The notes beneath the pieces are model-generated. The model saw nothing but the letters and a program-made list of their open reading frames with translations, had not been told where the DNA came from and did no database searches. 64,000 bases of DNA from a bacterium (GTDB lineage: Bacteria > UBA8248), in assembly GCA_965219955.1 (NCBI GenBank), contig OZ244799.1:384001-448000 (forward strand). The letters run 5' to 3'. This document shows, in pieces, positions 18,958 to 29,114 of the stretch. Made by a program: the position numbers and the translations under genes. Each line of letters starts with the position of its first letter. Position 1 is the first letter of the stretch.

Positions 18958-20501
18958 TGGCGTTCGATCCCGTCACGCTGGAAGTGCTCTGGCGGCGTCT
19001 CATCGGCATCGTGGACGAGGCCGCGGCGACCCTGGTTCGCACCTCGTTTTCCACCCTGGTGCGCGAGTCGAACGATTTCTCCTGCGTGATCACCGACGAT
19101 CAGGGCCACTCCCTCGTGCAGTCCTCGGCCAGCATCGCCTCGTTCATCGGCACCCTGCCGATAACGGTTCGCCATTTCCTCCGGGAATTTCCGCCCGAGG
19201 CGCTGGAGCCCGGCGACATCCTTATCACCAACGATATCTGGTACGGAACGGGCCATCTCCCCGACGTGAACATCGTGAAGCCGGTGTTCTACCGGGAGAA
19301 ATTCATCGGCTTCTCCGCCAGCACGGCCCATCTGCCGGACATCGGCGGGAAAATCCGCTCGCCCGACCCGAGGGAGGTCTACGAGGAGGGCCTCCAGATC
19401 CCCATGATGAAGATGTACCGGCGCGGCGAGCCCGACCGGACGCTCATCGACCTCATCCGCTACAACGTGCGCGTGCCCGACTTGGTGATGGGCGACATCA
19501 ACGCACAGCTCACGGCGAACCGCCTGGCGGAAAAGCGCCTGGGCGATCTGCTGGATGAATACGGTCTCGATGATTTGCGCGCGCTGACGAAGGAGATCCA
19601 GGGCCGCTCCGAAAAGGCCATGCGCGACGCCCTGCGCCGTCTGCCCGACGGGGAGTTCGCGTCCGAAATCGAGACCGACGGCCTCGCGGAACCCATACGG
19701 GTGCGGACGCGGATCGAGAAAACGGGCGATTCCCTGGTCATCGACTACGCCGGCTCCTCGCCCCAGGTCGACCGCGCCGTGAACGTGGCCTACAACTACA
19801 CCTACGCCTATTCGGTCTACCCCATCAAATGCGTCCTGTGCCCCGAGGTTCCCAACAACGAGGGGTGTTTCCGGCCCATCGACGTGCGCACGGAGCCGGG
19901 CAGCATCCTGGAACCGCTCCACCCCGCCGCCGGAGGCGGCCGGATGCTCGTGGGCCACTATCTGCCCGCCGCCGTCTTCGAGGCATTGGCCCCCGTTATC
20001 CCGGAAGAAGTCCCCGCGGCGAGCGGCTCGCCGCTCTGGTGCGTGAACTACACGGGGCTGGACAAGCGCGGCGTGCGGACGGCGGGGCTGTTCTTCCAGA
20101 ACGGGGGCACGGGCGCCACCGCGCGCGGGGACGGCCATGCCTGCCTGAGCTATCCGAGCAACGTCTCCCACACGCCGATCGAGGTCATCGAGCGCATCAC
20201 GCCCTTCACCTTGATCGAGAAGACGATACTGAGGGACTCGGGCGGCGCCGGGAAGTTCCGGGGCGGCTGCGGGCAGCGGATCGTCTTCCGGAACGACTCG
20301 CCCGCGCGCATCACGGTCTCGTTCATGGCCGAGCGCACGAAATCGGCAGCGCCCGGCCTGTTCGGCGGCGGACGCGGCGGGCGGGGGCAGGTGCGCATCA
20401 ACGAGCGCGAGATCGACCCCAAGGTCACCACCGACATGGAGCCGGGCGACACCCTGACGCTCATCACGCCGGGCGGCGGGGGCTACGGGGCGGCGGAATG
20501 A
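18957..20501 (+). CDS. hydantoinase B/oxoprolinase subunit
   Basis: RTSFSTLVRESNDFS, GHLPD, DSGGAGKFRGG, TPGGGGYG. Confidence 0.92.
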   Translation: MAFDPVTLEVLWRRLIGIVDEAAATLVRTSFSTLVRESNDFSCVITDDQGHSLVQSSASIASFIGTLPITVRHFLREFPPEALEPGDILITNDIWYGTGHLPDVNIVKPVFYREKFIGFSASTAHLPDIGGKIRSPDPREVYEEGLQIPMMKMYRRGEPDRTLIDLIRYNVRVPDLVMGDINAQLTANRLAEKRLGDLLDEYGLDDLRALTKEIQGRSEKAMRDALRRLPDGEFASEIETDGLAEPIRVRTRIEKTGDSLVIDYAGSSPQVDRAVNVAYNYTYAYSVYPIKCVLCPEVPNNEGCFRPIDVRTEPGSILEPLHPAAGGGRMLVGHYLPAAVFEALAPVIPEEVPAASGSPLWCVNYTGLDKRGVRTAGLFFQNGGTGATARGDGHACLSYPSNVSHTPIEVIERITPFTLIEKTILRDSGGAGKFRGGCGQRIVFRNDSPARITVSFMAERTKSAAPGLFGGGRGGRGQVRINEREIDPKVTTDMEPGDTLTLITPGGGGYGAAE

Positions 20502-20956
20502 CGAAGCCCCTGCTCTCAGGCGACGCCTGGGCGTTCGTGGAGCGCGCGCGCGTGGCGCGGCTGGCGACGGCGGATAAAGACGCCGCGCCCCACGTCGTCC
20601 CCGTCGTCTTCGCCTTGATGGACGGGAAGATATACATTCCGGTGGACGGCAAGCAGAAAAAAGACGTCGAGCGGCTCAAAAGGCTCGACAACATCCGCGA
20701 GAACGCGCAGGTATCGTTTCTGGTGGATCATTACGAGGATGACTGGGCGAAACTCGGCTTCGCCCTCATCTTCGGGAGCGCAAGGATTATCCACGCCGAG
20801 GCGGACGCCGAAGTCTACGAGAAGGCGGCGGCGCTTCTACGGGAGAAATACGCGCAGTACCGGGGCGCCATCAAGATCCACGCCTGGATGATAGAGATAA
20901 CGCCAAAGCGCGCCGCGTCCTGGGGCGCGACGGGAGAGGAGGAGTCTCAAAAGTGA
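20498..20956 (+). CDS. PPOX-class putative F420-dependent oxidoreductase (TIGR03668-like)
   Basis: ARLAT..PHVVPVVFA..VDGK..LKRLDNIREN..LVDHYEDDW..LREKY. Confidence 0.8.
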   Translation: MTKPLLSGDAWAFVERARVARLATADKDAAPHVVPVVFALMDGKIYIPVDGKQKKDVERLKRLDNIRENAQVSFLVDHYEDDWAKLGFALIFGSARIIHAEADAEVYEKAAALLREKYAQYRGAIKIHAWMIEITPKRAASWGATGEEESQK

Positions 20957-21777
20957 AGCTCAGCTATCAGATCGCCACGCCGGATATCTCCACACCCAAC
21001 CTGCCCAGCGCGCAGGGGACGCTCGGGGAGAACTTGGACTGCGTGGCCGAGGCGGGTTTCTGCGGCGTGGAGCTTTCGGTGCGAAAGCCCGCTGAACTCG
21101 ATTTGGACGAGATAGAGAAGCAGATCAACAGCCGGGGCCTCTCCGTCTCGATGATCCACACGGCGGCCATGGGCTTTCAGGACAGGATATGGCTGTGCCA
21201 CCCCGTGCCCGAGATCAGGGCGGTGTCCTACCGCCGCCACCTGGACGCGCTCGATATGGCGCAGAGGTTCGGGTGCGGCATGGTCATCGGCTCCTCGCGC
21301 GGGAATCTCTGCGAGGATGCGCGGCGCGAGGATTCCCTCGGCTGGATGCACGACGCGCTGCTTGGCCTTGCGGATGAAGCCGCCGCGCGGGGCGCCAGGC
21401 TCTATCTGGAGCCCTTGTGCAGCCACTGGATCAACAACGTGACCACGGCGGCCGAAGGGGTGGCGCTATGCCGGGAACTCGATCACGAGGCGTTCGTCCT
21501 CATGCTCGACACCTACCACATGAACGCGGATGAGGCGTCGTTCACCGACCCCATCGTCGAGTCGGGAGAGCTTCTCGGCCACATGCACATCGCCGAGAAC
21601 AACCGCTACTACCCCGGCGGCGGCCACATTCCCTTCGGTGAGGTGATCGGGGCGCTGCGCTCGATAGGGTACGGCGGCTGGCTGACCTGCCAGATCGTCT
21701 CCAGGCCCGACATCCGCACGGCGGCGCGGCTGGCGGCGGAGAATCTGAGGGCGCTCCTTCAGGATGGGGCGTCATAA
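20953..21777 (+). CDS. sugar phosphate isomerase/epimerase (TIM barrel)
   Basis: LYLEPL, LDTYHMN, HMHIAENNRYYPGGGH. Confidence 0.85.
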   Translation: MKLSYQIATPDISTPNLPSAQGTLGENLDCVAEAGFCGVELSVRKPAELDLDEIEKQINSRGLSVSMIHTAAMGFQDRIWLCHPVPEIRAVSYRRHLDALDMAQRFGCGMVIGSSRGNLCEDARREDSLGWMHDALLGLADEAAARGARLYLEPLCSHWINNVTTAAEGVALCRELDHEAFVLMLDTYHMNADEASFTDPIVESGELLGHMHIAENNRYYPGGGHIPFGEVIGALRSIGYGGWLTCQIVSRPDIRTAARLAAENLRALLQDGAS

Positions 21778-21794
21778 GGCATTCTCCGTTCGCC

Positions 21795-22303
21795 GGGGTT
21801 GTTGAAATAGTCCTTGTCGGGGGGATATTGCCTTTAGCGGGAAGGCCGCATTCGCGCGAACTCCCGACCTACCTGGTCGAAAGGCAACCCCCCCTACCCC
21901 CCCCTTGTCAGGGGGGCAAGAAAAAGCAAACCCCTTCAGCCCGGCGGGGGAGCATTGCCTTTTTGTACCCCCCTTGTCGGGCCTGTTGAAAAAGCCTGGT
22001 CTGCCCCTCCGCAAACAGCCAACACCTCTTTCCTCACCCTGAGTAGCCGCCGAAGGCGGCGTATCGAAGGGCGCGGAGAGTCGAACGCTTCGCGCAGGAT
22101 GAGGGGGCATCCTTCGATACGGCGCTTTCGCGCCTACTCAGGATGAGGAGTGTCGGGGAACGGCGGAGCCTGTCCCGAGCGAAGTCGAGGGGCCGCTACT
22201 CAGGATGAGGCGGAAGGGGGTTTTCAACAGGCCCCTCAAGGGGGGGAGTGAACTTCAAAAGCGTGCGCGCAACAAAATCGCTCCCGAGGGCTTTTTCAAC
22301 CAG
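21795..22303. repeat. intergenic mosaic: nested TIR-like ends with type E, D and half-C palindromes
   Basis: TIR-like at 21795, 21979, 22225-22234 and ~22300; CCCCCCTTGTCAGGGGGG hairpin at ~21897-21916. Confidence 0.8.
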
Positions 22304-22374
22304 CGTTCGCTTCGAGGAGATCCATACCCGACGCCTCAGGAGGGACGCGGACCCTCGTCAGGAGAGATAAAGCC

Positions 22375-23526
22375 TTATTTCTCGAGTGAAAAAAGGCGCC
22401 TCGCCAGTTCGGCATCGGGTATGGAAATTTTCCCCTCCCATGCGAGTTCGGCCAGAAGCCTTCCGGTGAGCGGACCGAACTTGAATCCGTGGCCCGAGAA
22501 GCCGGCCCCGAACGCGATGCGCGGGTTCTCGGGATGCAGGTCGATAATGAAATCCTCATTCGGCGCGTTGGTGTAGAGGCAGTGCTCCGCGCCCGCGAGC
22601 GTCCAGTTTTTGCAGGTGAAAAAGCGCGCCATGAAGCGCCTCACGTCGGCGATTTTCTCCTCGTCGACGGCGTCGGGCGGGTTGTCCGGATCGTCGTCCA
22701 CCCCGACTCTCAGATGCCGGCCCACCTTGACGCCCGCGCGCCCGAAAACGGGCATTCCGTAGAACAGGTTGTTCTCGTCCTGTTCCCTGTAGGCCCAGAC
22801 CGGGAACCGGCCGGGCAGGTAGGCGGCCGGGTCGTCCTCGGGCGTGAAGTACGCAACCGTCTGGCGTGCGATGTTGAGACTGGGCTTCAGGAACGGGAGC
22901 AACTCCTTCGCCCACGCGCCCGGCGCCACGACGAGGCGTTCGGTCTCCAAGGTTCCCCGGCTCGTTTCGACCTTTACGGGATCGGCCGCCGGGTCGAATC
23001 CGTGGACGACCGTGTTCTCATGGATTTGCACCCCGCTCTCGCGGGCCAGCGCGGCGAGCGATTCGACCGCCTCTACCGAGGATATGAACCCCCCCGTCTT
23101 GTCGAGCAGGGCGCTCTCCGCATTCTCGAAGGTGAACTGGGGAAACCGCGTCCGCGCCTCGTCCGCGGTGAGGAGCTCCACGTCCACGCCCTCTTGCGCC
23201 ACCGCCTCGACGTAGGAGTGGTAACGCTCGCACGGCGGCCCGGTGTATATCCCGGGATTGGAATGCACGAGTTTCTTGCCGGTATCCTTTTCGAGCCTGG
23301 GCCACTCTTCTTTGTGCACCCACTGCATGAGGCGGACGTATTCGGGGGCGACGTAGGCGCTTCTCGTGACGCGGGCGGCGCCGTGCGAACTGCCCCTGTC
23401 GTGTCCGATCTCGAAACGCTCCACCAGCCCGACGCGCGCAGCGCCCAGGCGCTTCAGGTGGTACAGCGCCGAGAGGCCGTTGATTCCCCCGCCGACCACC
23501 AGGGCGTCGTAAGTATCGCCGTTCAT
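22375..23526 (-). CDS. solA: monomeric sarcosine oxidase/N-methyltryptophan oxidase family (SolA-like)
   Basis: VVGGGING, HDRGSSHG, CLYTNAPNEDFIID, GFSGHGFKFGP. Confidence 0.85.
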   Translation of the reverse strand: MNGDTYDALVVGGGINGLSALYHLKRLGAARVGLVERFEIGHDRGSSHGAARVTRSAYVAPEYVRLMQWVHKEEWPRLEKDTGKKLVHSNPGIYTGPPCERYHSYVEAVAQEGVDVELLTADEARTRFPQFTFENAESALLDKTGGFISSVEAVESLAALARESGVQIHENTVVHGFDPAADPVKVETSRGTLETERLVVAPGAWAKELLPFLKPSLNIARQTVAYFTPEDDPAAYLPGRFPVWAYREQDENNLFYGMPVFGRAGVKVGRHLRVGVDDDPDNPPDAVDEEKIADVRRFMARFFTCKNWTLAGAEHCLYTNAPNEDFIIDLHPENPRIAFGAGFSGHGFKFGPLTGRLLAELAWEGKISIPDAELARRLFSLEK

Positions 23527-23731
23527 GTGCGTTTGACCTCGTGGAAAGATGGCCGCGCTATCGTCTCTCGCGTCTTTTTGCTTCGGGTGCTTCCAATGGG
23601 CGGTATGAAAATATCCATATCAAATCGCCGCGCTTCCGCCAAGTGGCTCACCGGGAGAGAGGAGCGGTTGTTCCGATTGGAGAGGGGAGGAATTGTGATT
23701 TGATTTGTTCCTGCCTATATGGGCTGCATAT

Positions 23732-24047
23732 GGGGTTGTTGTCCCCCAATCGAGCTTGTGCACCGTCATTCCGGCGAAAGCCGGAATCCATTTTTACGCC
23801 TTTTGCCTTTCGTCGAGGTTCCCGCACATCAGCGGGGAATGAAACGCCGCCGTGTATTCACCCGCGCCCGCAAATGGATTCCGGCTTTCGCCGGAATGAC
23901 GAACAAAACCGCACCGCCTCTTGCAGGGACAGGTCGCGACCTGTCCCTGCATCGAAAGCCACAATTTTCCATGTTGCCTTGATGACCCGTAGGGACAGGC
24001 CTCCGTGCCTGTCCTGGTGGAGGACAACCACGGAGGGTTGTCCCTAC
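23732..24047. repeat. dRS3-like doublet + GTAG REPs
   Basis: 23765-23790/23875-23900; spacer homologous to 60207-60290 (reverse complement). Confidence 0.8.
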
Positions 24048-24190
24048 AAACGTGCTTTCTCGGTGCGCGTTTAACATAGAACAAGGAAACTCTTGTGGTG
24101 AAGGCGCGGTTAGCCTCGTCGTGGTATGGTGGCATTTCATCAAACAGGTGGAAGCGGAACGAAATTCACACAGGTGGAATGGAGGTCGAA

Positions 24191-25615
24191 ATGAGCGCCG
24201 ATGGACTGAATTTTCTCTCAATACATGAACTCGCCCGGCAAATCGAGGGCAAGAAAATCTCCCCGCGCGAGGTGGTGGACGCGCATTTGCGGCAGATCGA
24301 GGCCCTGGATCCCGAACTCAACGCGTTCATCACTGTGTGCGCGGACGAGGCCCGTGAGGACGCGGCAAAGGCGGAAAGCGAGATTCAGGGCGGCCACTAC
24401 CGCGGCCCGCTCCACGGCGTGCCGGTCGGCATCAAGGACATCATCGATACCGCAGGCGTGCTGACGACGCAGGGGTCGAGCTTTTTCCCCGACAACGTGC
24501 CGGCGGCGGATGCCGAGTGCGTGAGGAAGCTGAAAGAAGCGGGCGCGGTCGTCATCGGAAAGTGCAACACGCACGAGTTCGCAGCCGGTTCCACCACCGT
24601 GAACCCCCACTACGGCCCTGCCCGCAACCCCTGGAATCCCGAGCGGGTATCGGGCGGTTCGAGCGGCGGCTCGGGCGCGGCCGTGGCGGCCTACATGTGT
24701 CCGGGTGCGGTGGGAACCGACACGGGCGGCTCCATCCGGGGACCCGCGAGCGCGTGCGGCACGATGGGCCTGAAACCCACCTACGGCCGCGTGAGCCTTC
24801 GCGGCATTTTCCCGAACTCTCCGACTCTCGACCACGCCGGTCCGCTCGCGCGTACGGCGCGCGACTGCGGCATCATGCTGCAGGCCATGGCGGGCTACGA
24901 CCCGGCGGACGCTGGCTCCAAGGATCGCGAGACGCCCGATTTCTGCGCTTTGATAGGCGAGGGCGTCGAGGGGATGCGCTTCGGCGTCTGCGAGGACCTC
25001 TATCTCCCGGAAAACGACGCTTCGGTGCAGAAAGGCTTCGAGAATGCGATAGAGACCATGAAGGCTCTGGGCGGCGTGGTCGTCCATGTGCGCTATCCGA
25101 ACGCGGATAGAATGCGAGATGTGCGGCGCATGATCGCCAGCGCCGAACTGGCGGCGGTCCACAGCGAGCGGCTCGCTACGCATCCGGAAAAATTCGGCGA
25201 CGACGTCCGCGAGCGCCTGGAAATTTCGAGCCGCGTGACGCTGGTTGAATACATGCACGCCATGAGAGAGAGGCGCACGCTCACCCGCGAGATGGAGAAG
25301 GTGTTCGGTGAGATCGATATTCTCCTGGCGCCCGGCTATCCCTGCCCCGCGGGGCCCGTTGCGACGATAATGGGCACGGTGAACGGGAAGGAGCACCTGT
25401 TCACGGGCCTCGGCAGACCGCAGACCGGCCCCTACAATCTCTTCGGTTTCCCGACCATGGCGGCGCCTTCGGGCTTCAGCGAAGACGGCCTGCCCGTGTC
25501 GATCCAGATCGTGGGGCCGCCCTGGGAGGAAGCCCGCGTCCTGCAGGCCTCCCACGCGTTCGAGGAAGCGATACCGGAGGTCCGGCAGAAGAAACCGGCC
25601 ATGGTCGGCGGGTGA
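24191..25615 (+). CDS. amidase signature family enzyme
   Basis: GPLHGVPVGIKD, GGSSGGS, GTDTGGSIRGPAS; RBS GGAGG. Confidence 0.92.
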   Translation: MSADGLNFLSIHELARQIEGKKISPREVVDAHLRQIEALDPELNAFITVCADEAREDAAKAESEIQGGHYRGPLHGVPVGIKDIIDTAGVLTTQGSSFFPDNVPAADAECVRKLKEAGAVVIGKCNTHEFAAGSTTVNPHYGPARNPWNPERVSGGSSGGSGAAVAAYMCPGAVGTDTGGSIRGPASACGTMGLKPTYGRVSLRGIFPNSPTLDHAGPLARTARDCGIMLQAMAGYDPADAGSKDRETPDFCALIGEGVEGMRFGVCEDLYLPENDASVQKGFENAIETMKALGGVVVHVRYPNADRMRDVRRMIASAELAAVHSERLATHPEKFGDDVRERLEISSRVTLVEYMHAMRERRTLTREMEKVFGEIDILLAPGYPCPAGPVATIMGTVNGKEHLFTGLGRPQTGPYNLFGFPTMAAPSGFSEDGLPVSIQIVGPPWEEARVLQASHAFEEAIPEVRQKKPAMVGG

Positions 25616-25713
25616 TATTTGCCGGGAATCGGGTTCTCGATTACAGAAGCGCGATGAGTCGGCGCAGGCGAGGTCGAGTTGCGGGATTGGGCGGCTTACG
25701 CATTCCGGCGCGC

Positions 25714-26052
25714 GCCCTTCGATACGCCGCTCCGCGGCTACTCAGGGTGAGGGTTGGGGGAACCGCGTCGCTCGAGGCGGGCGCAAAGTCAATCGGGATT
25801 GTTTTGGCTGTCTCCCTGAGTGGGGCGCGTGTTGCTCAGGGTGGGCGCAAAGAGGAATTCGCGCCGGTCAGGGTGAAGAGTTCGCGTTGCCCGGGATGAA
25901 GGAGAGGTTTGCAGGGCGTGGCCGATTCCCCCGAGCGGTGGCATTCACTGTGTTAGCGGTAGTGAAGGAGAGGTTTGCGGCACTTGCTTACCCCCGTTCC
26001 GAACAAAACGACCCTCATCCCGAGTAGGCCCGCAGGGCCGTATCGAGGGACG
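25714..26052. repeat. type D palindromes, partly degenerate
   Basis: CCCTTCGATACG..CTACTCAGGGTGAGG at 25714 and CCTCATCCCGAGTAGG..GTATCGAGGG at ~26013. Confidence 0.65.
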
Positions 26053-26155
26053 CCCAGGGGAAGTGATGTTGGAGAAGGAATCGGGTATTCCAAAGGGAAT
26101 AGTGCATTTCATAAGGTGGTTTTTGGGACCGTTTTTTCCTGTGAGGATATGAGAT

Positions 26156-27004
26156 ATGACGCAAGCAGATAACTCCACGCTCGTTTCGACGGCGTGGCTC
26201 TCAGAAAACCTGGAAAATCCGAACCTCCACGTCATCGAGGTGTCCTCCGCGAGCGACGACGCCTCCTACCGCGAAGCCCACGTGCCGGGCGCGCACTGGT
26301 GGTTCTGGAAAGGGGCGCTCTGGCACGAGACGGACCGCGCGTTCGCCGCGTCCGACGCGCTGGCCGAGCGTCTGGGCGAGATGGGCATCGGGCCGGACGA
26401 TGAAATCGTCTTGTACGGCGAGCCGGTGCAGTTCGGCACCTATGCGTTCTGGGTTCTCAAGATGGCGGGCTTCAATAATCTGAAGCTCCTGGACGGCGCG
26501 AAGAAGAAGTGGATGGCCGACGGGATGCCCGTCTCGACAGATGCGCCGGATGCAGAGGCCGCCGCCCACCCCGCGCCGGGTGGGGGCGAAACCTTAAGCG
26601 TGGGCAGGGACGATATTCGCGAGAAGCTGGGCGCGCCGGGCAGGGTGCTGCTCGACGTGCGCTCGCCCGAGGAATACAGCGGCGAGCGGGTGATGCCTCC
26701 GCCCGGCTTCGACCACGGGGCCGAGCGAGCCGGGCGCATACCGGGGGCCGCGCACCTGTTCTTCCGCGAGCTTCTGAACGAGGACGACACCTATAAGGAC
26801 AAAGAGGAACTCGGGAAAATTCTCGACGGAGCGGGCGCAGCGGGTGATGACGAGATAGAACTCGTCCTCTACTGACGCCTGAGCCACCGGGCCAGTCTGG
26901 TCTGGTTCGCCATGCGGTACCTGCTCGGCTATGAAGACGTGAAGATTTACGACGGCTCCTGGACGGAGTGGGGCAGCATCGTCGGTTTCCCGATTGAGAG
27001 ATGA
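26156..27004 (+). CDS. two-domain rhodanese/sulfurtransferase (SseA-like), probable selenoprotein (Sec240), 282 aa
   Basis: In-frame TGA 26873-26875 at the catalytic Cys position (LY-U-RLSHRA); frame continues with the rhodanese signature IYDGSWTEWG to TGA at 27004. Confidence 0.85.
26886..26906 (+). promoter_or_regulatory. bacterial SECIS-like hairpin
   Basis: ACCGGGCCA-GTC-TGGTCTGGT; 9-bp stem with two G-U pairs; apical loop starts with GU, 19 nt after the UGA. Confidence 0.7.
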
Positions 27005-27120
27005 GGGAATCCCGGAAGCCGGCATAGGGACAACCTTTCGGGTTGAAAACCAACCCCCCCTTGGCGGACCTGTTGAAGAAGCCCCCGGGAAGCGATTTTG
27101 ATTTTCACTCCCCCCTTGAG

Positions 27121-28636
27121 GGGCCTGTTGAAAAAGCCCTGGTTTTGTGATCGTATGGAGTTATCCCGACTCGCCCGAGATGGGAGTATCCTCGATGTTG
27201 GATCGCAAGAGGCGCGAGCAGATGGACTTGTTCGTGGCCGGCTCTATGGAGAATCTGATTCCCGAAGATCACGTATTGCGCCAGGTGAACCGCGTGCTGG
27301 ATTTGAGCTGGCTTCGCGAGGAGGTGGCGGCGTGCTATTGCGCGGACAACGGTCGTCCGGGCCTGGACCCCGAGGTGGTGGTTCGGTTGATGCTGGCGGG
27401 CCTGCTGCTGGGCTACGCGCACGACCGGCGCCTGTTGCGCGAGGCGCAGGCGCACCTGGCGATCCGGTGGTTCATCGGGTACAGGCTGGACGAGGAGTTG
27501 CCGGACCATTCGAGCCTGACGCGTATCCGTCAGCGCTGGGGGGAGGAGCGGTTCAAGGAGATATTGCGCCGCACGGTTCAGGCTTGCGTGGAGGCGAAGG
27601 TGGCGACGGGAGAGGTGGTTCACATGGACGCTTCGTTGATCCGGGCGGACGTGAGCTGGGAGAGTCTGGCGGAGCGCCACGCGGAGAAGGTGGTGCGGGA
27701 GAACGATTCGGAGGATGAGACGGGGAAGAAGGGCGGCGGCGGGGGTTCGGGGCCTGTGAGCCGAACGGACCCCGACGCGCGTCTTGCGCGCAAGAGCGCT
27801 CGGGCGGGTTTCGAGCCGAGCTACAAGCACCACGCGGTGGTGGACGATGAGCGGGGGGTGGTTCTCGACGTAGAGGTGACGGCGGGGACTTTGAACGAGC
27901 GGGAGATGATGGAGCCGCAGTTGGATGCGGTTCGCGAACTGACGGGGCGCGCGCCCGCGGTGGTGACGGCGGATAGTGGCTATGCGTACTCGAAGGTGTA
28001 CGGCGCATTGGAGCGTCGGGGGGTCGCCGCGGTGATACCGGCGAAGAAGGAGCCTTCCCAGAGCCGGGTGCCGCTGCAGTTGTTCCGCTACGACGAGCGT
28101 CACAAGGTGGTGAAGTGTCCGGGGGGCAAGACGCTGCGTCCCCGGAAGGAGACGGAGCGGGGGCGCTACTATGGTTCGAGGACGCGCGATTGCGCGGGCT
28201 GCGCGCTTAGGGCCGATTGTCTGTCGAAGTCCCGCACGAGCAGGACGGTGCTGATTCCGCACGAGTATCCGGCGCTGTTGCGCGGGCGCCGTCGCCACGC
28301 GCGCCGGGGGGAGGAGGAGGGTCGGCTGTGGCGCCGCCACATGGGGCGCTCGGAGGGCTACCACGGGGAGGCGAAGAGTTGGCACGGACTGGCGCGGGCG
28401 GTGCGCCGGGGTATGGAGAACATGAAGATCCAGGCCTACCTGACGGCGACTGCGGTGAACCTCAAGCGGCTCGCCGCCGCTGTTGCTGCGCGAATATTCG
28501 CCCTGTGGCGGGCCTGCGCCGCCTCGAGTCGCCGAATGCGCGTTCCCCGCGGCCTCACGCGCCGATTGGGCTTGATCTCCCAAGCCGCGTGAGACGCCAT
28601 ACCGCCCGCTTCAAAACGGGGTTTTTCAACAGCCCC
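27121..28636 (+). mobile_element. IS1182-family insertion sequence (1516 bp)
   Basis: TIRs GGGCCTGTTGAAAAAGCCC / GGGGTTTTTCAACAGCCCC; TTGAG direct repeats (27116-27120, 28637-28641); interrupts a type C element. Confidence 0.9.
27195..28592 (+). CDS. IS1182-family DDE transposase
   Basis: GRPGLDP, LPDHSSLTRIRQR (DUF772-like), HMDAS, TADSGY, SEGYHGEAK. Confidence 0.92.
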   Translation: MLDRKRREQMDLFVAGSMENLIPEDHVLRQVNRVLDLSWLREEVAACYCADNGRPGLDPEVVVRLMLAGLLLGYAHDRRLLREAQAHLAIRWFIGYRLDEELPDHSSLTRIRQRWGEERFKEILRRTVQACVEAKVATGEVVHMDASLIRADVSWESLAERHAEKVVRENDSEDETGKKGGGGGSGPVSRTDPDARLARKSARAGFEPSYKHHAVVDDERGVVLDVEVTAGTLNEREMMEPQLDAVRELTGRAPAVVTADSGYAYSKVYGALERRGVAAVIPAKKEPSQSRVPLQLFRYDERHKVVKCPGGKTLRPRKETERGRYYGSRTRDCAGCALRADCLSKSRTSRTVLIPHEYPALLRGRRRHARRGEEEGRLWRRHMGRSEGYHGEAKSWHGLARAVRRGMENMKIQAYLTATAVNLKRLAAAVAARIFALWRACAASSRRMRVPRGLTRRLGLISQAA

Positions 28637-29080
28637 TTGAGGGGGAGTCGAAGAGGCCGAGCGGTTTGTGCGAAGGCCGATTCGGTGGGGGGAGTTTTTC
28701 TGTGGCATGTCCCCCCACCGATTCGCTTGCGGGCTTACGCCCTTAGCTCATCGTCGAGCTTTCCCCTCGGGAAGCTCGACCCTCAAGGGGGGAGTGATTC
28801 CTCTCTCCTCGGACTTTTTCAACAGCCCCTACAACGGGTGCGGTTTTGTTCGTCATTCCGGCGAAAGCCGGAATCCATTTGCTTTGCCTTTGTTTTTTTC
28901 TTTTCTTATTGATTCGCGCCAATGACGAGGAGATGAAAAGCCGGCGTATTGTCATTCTGCTTGAGAATGGATTCCGGCTTTCGCCGGAATGACGGCGGTG
29001 GTCAATTCCGCCCGAGGATGACTTTTTCAGCAACCCCGTTGTCGTCCTGCGTTCGGACAGGCACAGGGGCCTGTCCCTAC
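28637..29080. repeat. remainder of type C element, TIR-like ends, dRS3-like doublet, GTAG REP
   Basis: TIR-like ends at 28829 and 29037; doublet 28852-28877/28968-28993 homologous to 2721-2862 (reverse complement). Confidence 0.85.
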
Positions 29081-29114
29081 GCAATCCTCGCGGCGTGCAA
29101 CAAAGACCGAAGCA

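Noticed and set aside
26156-26875. Truncated rhodanese pseudogene disrupted by the neighbouring IS
   Set aside because: The stop is exactly at the catalytic Cys, the frame continues intact, a SECIS-like hairpin follows, and the IS lies 116 bp beyond the true end
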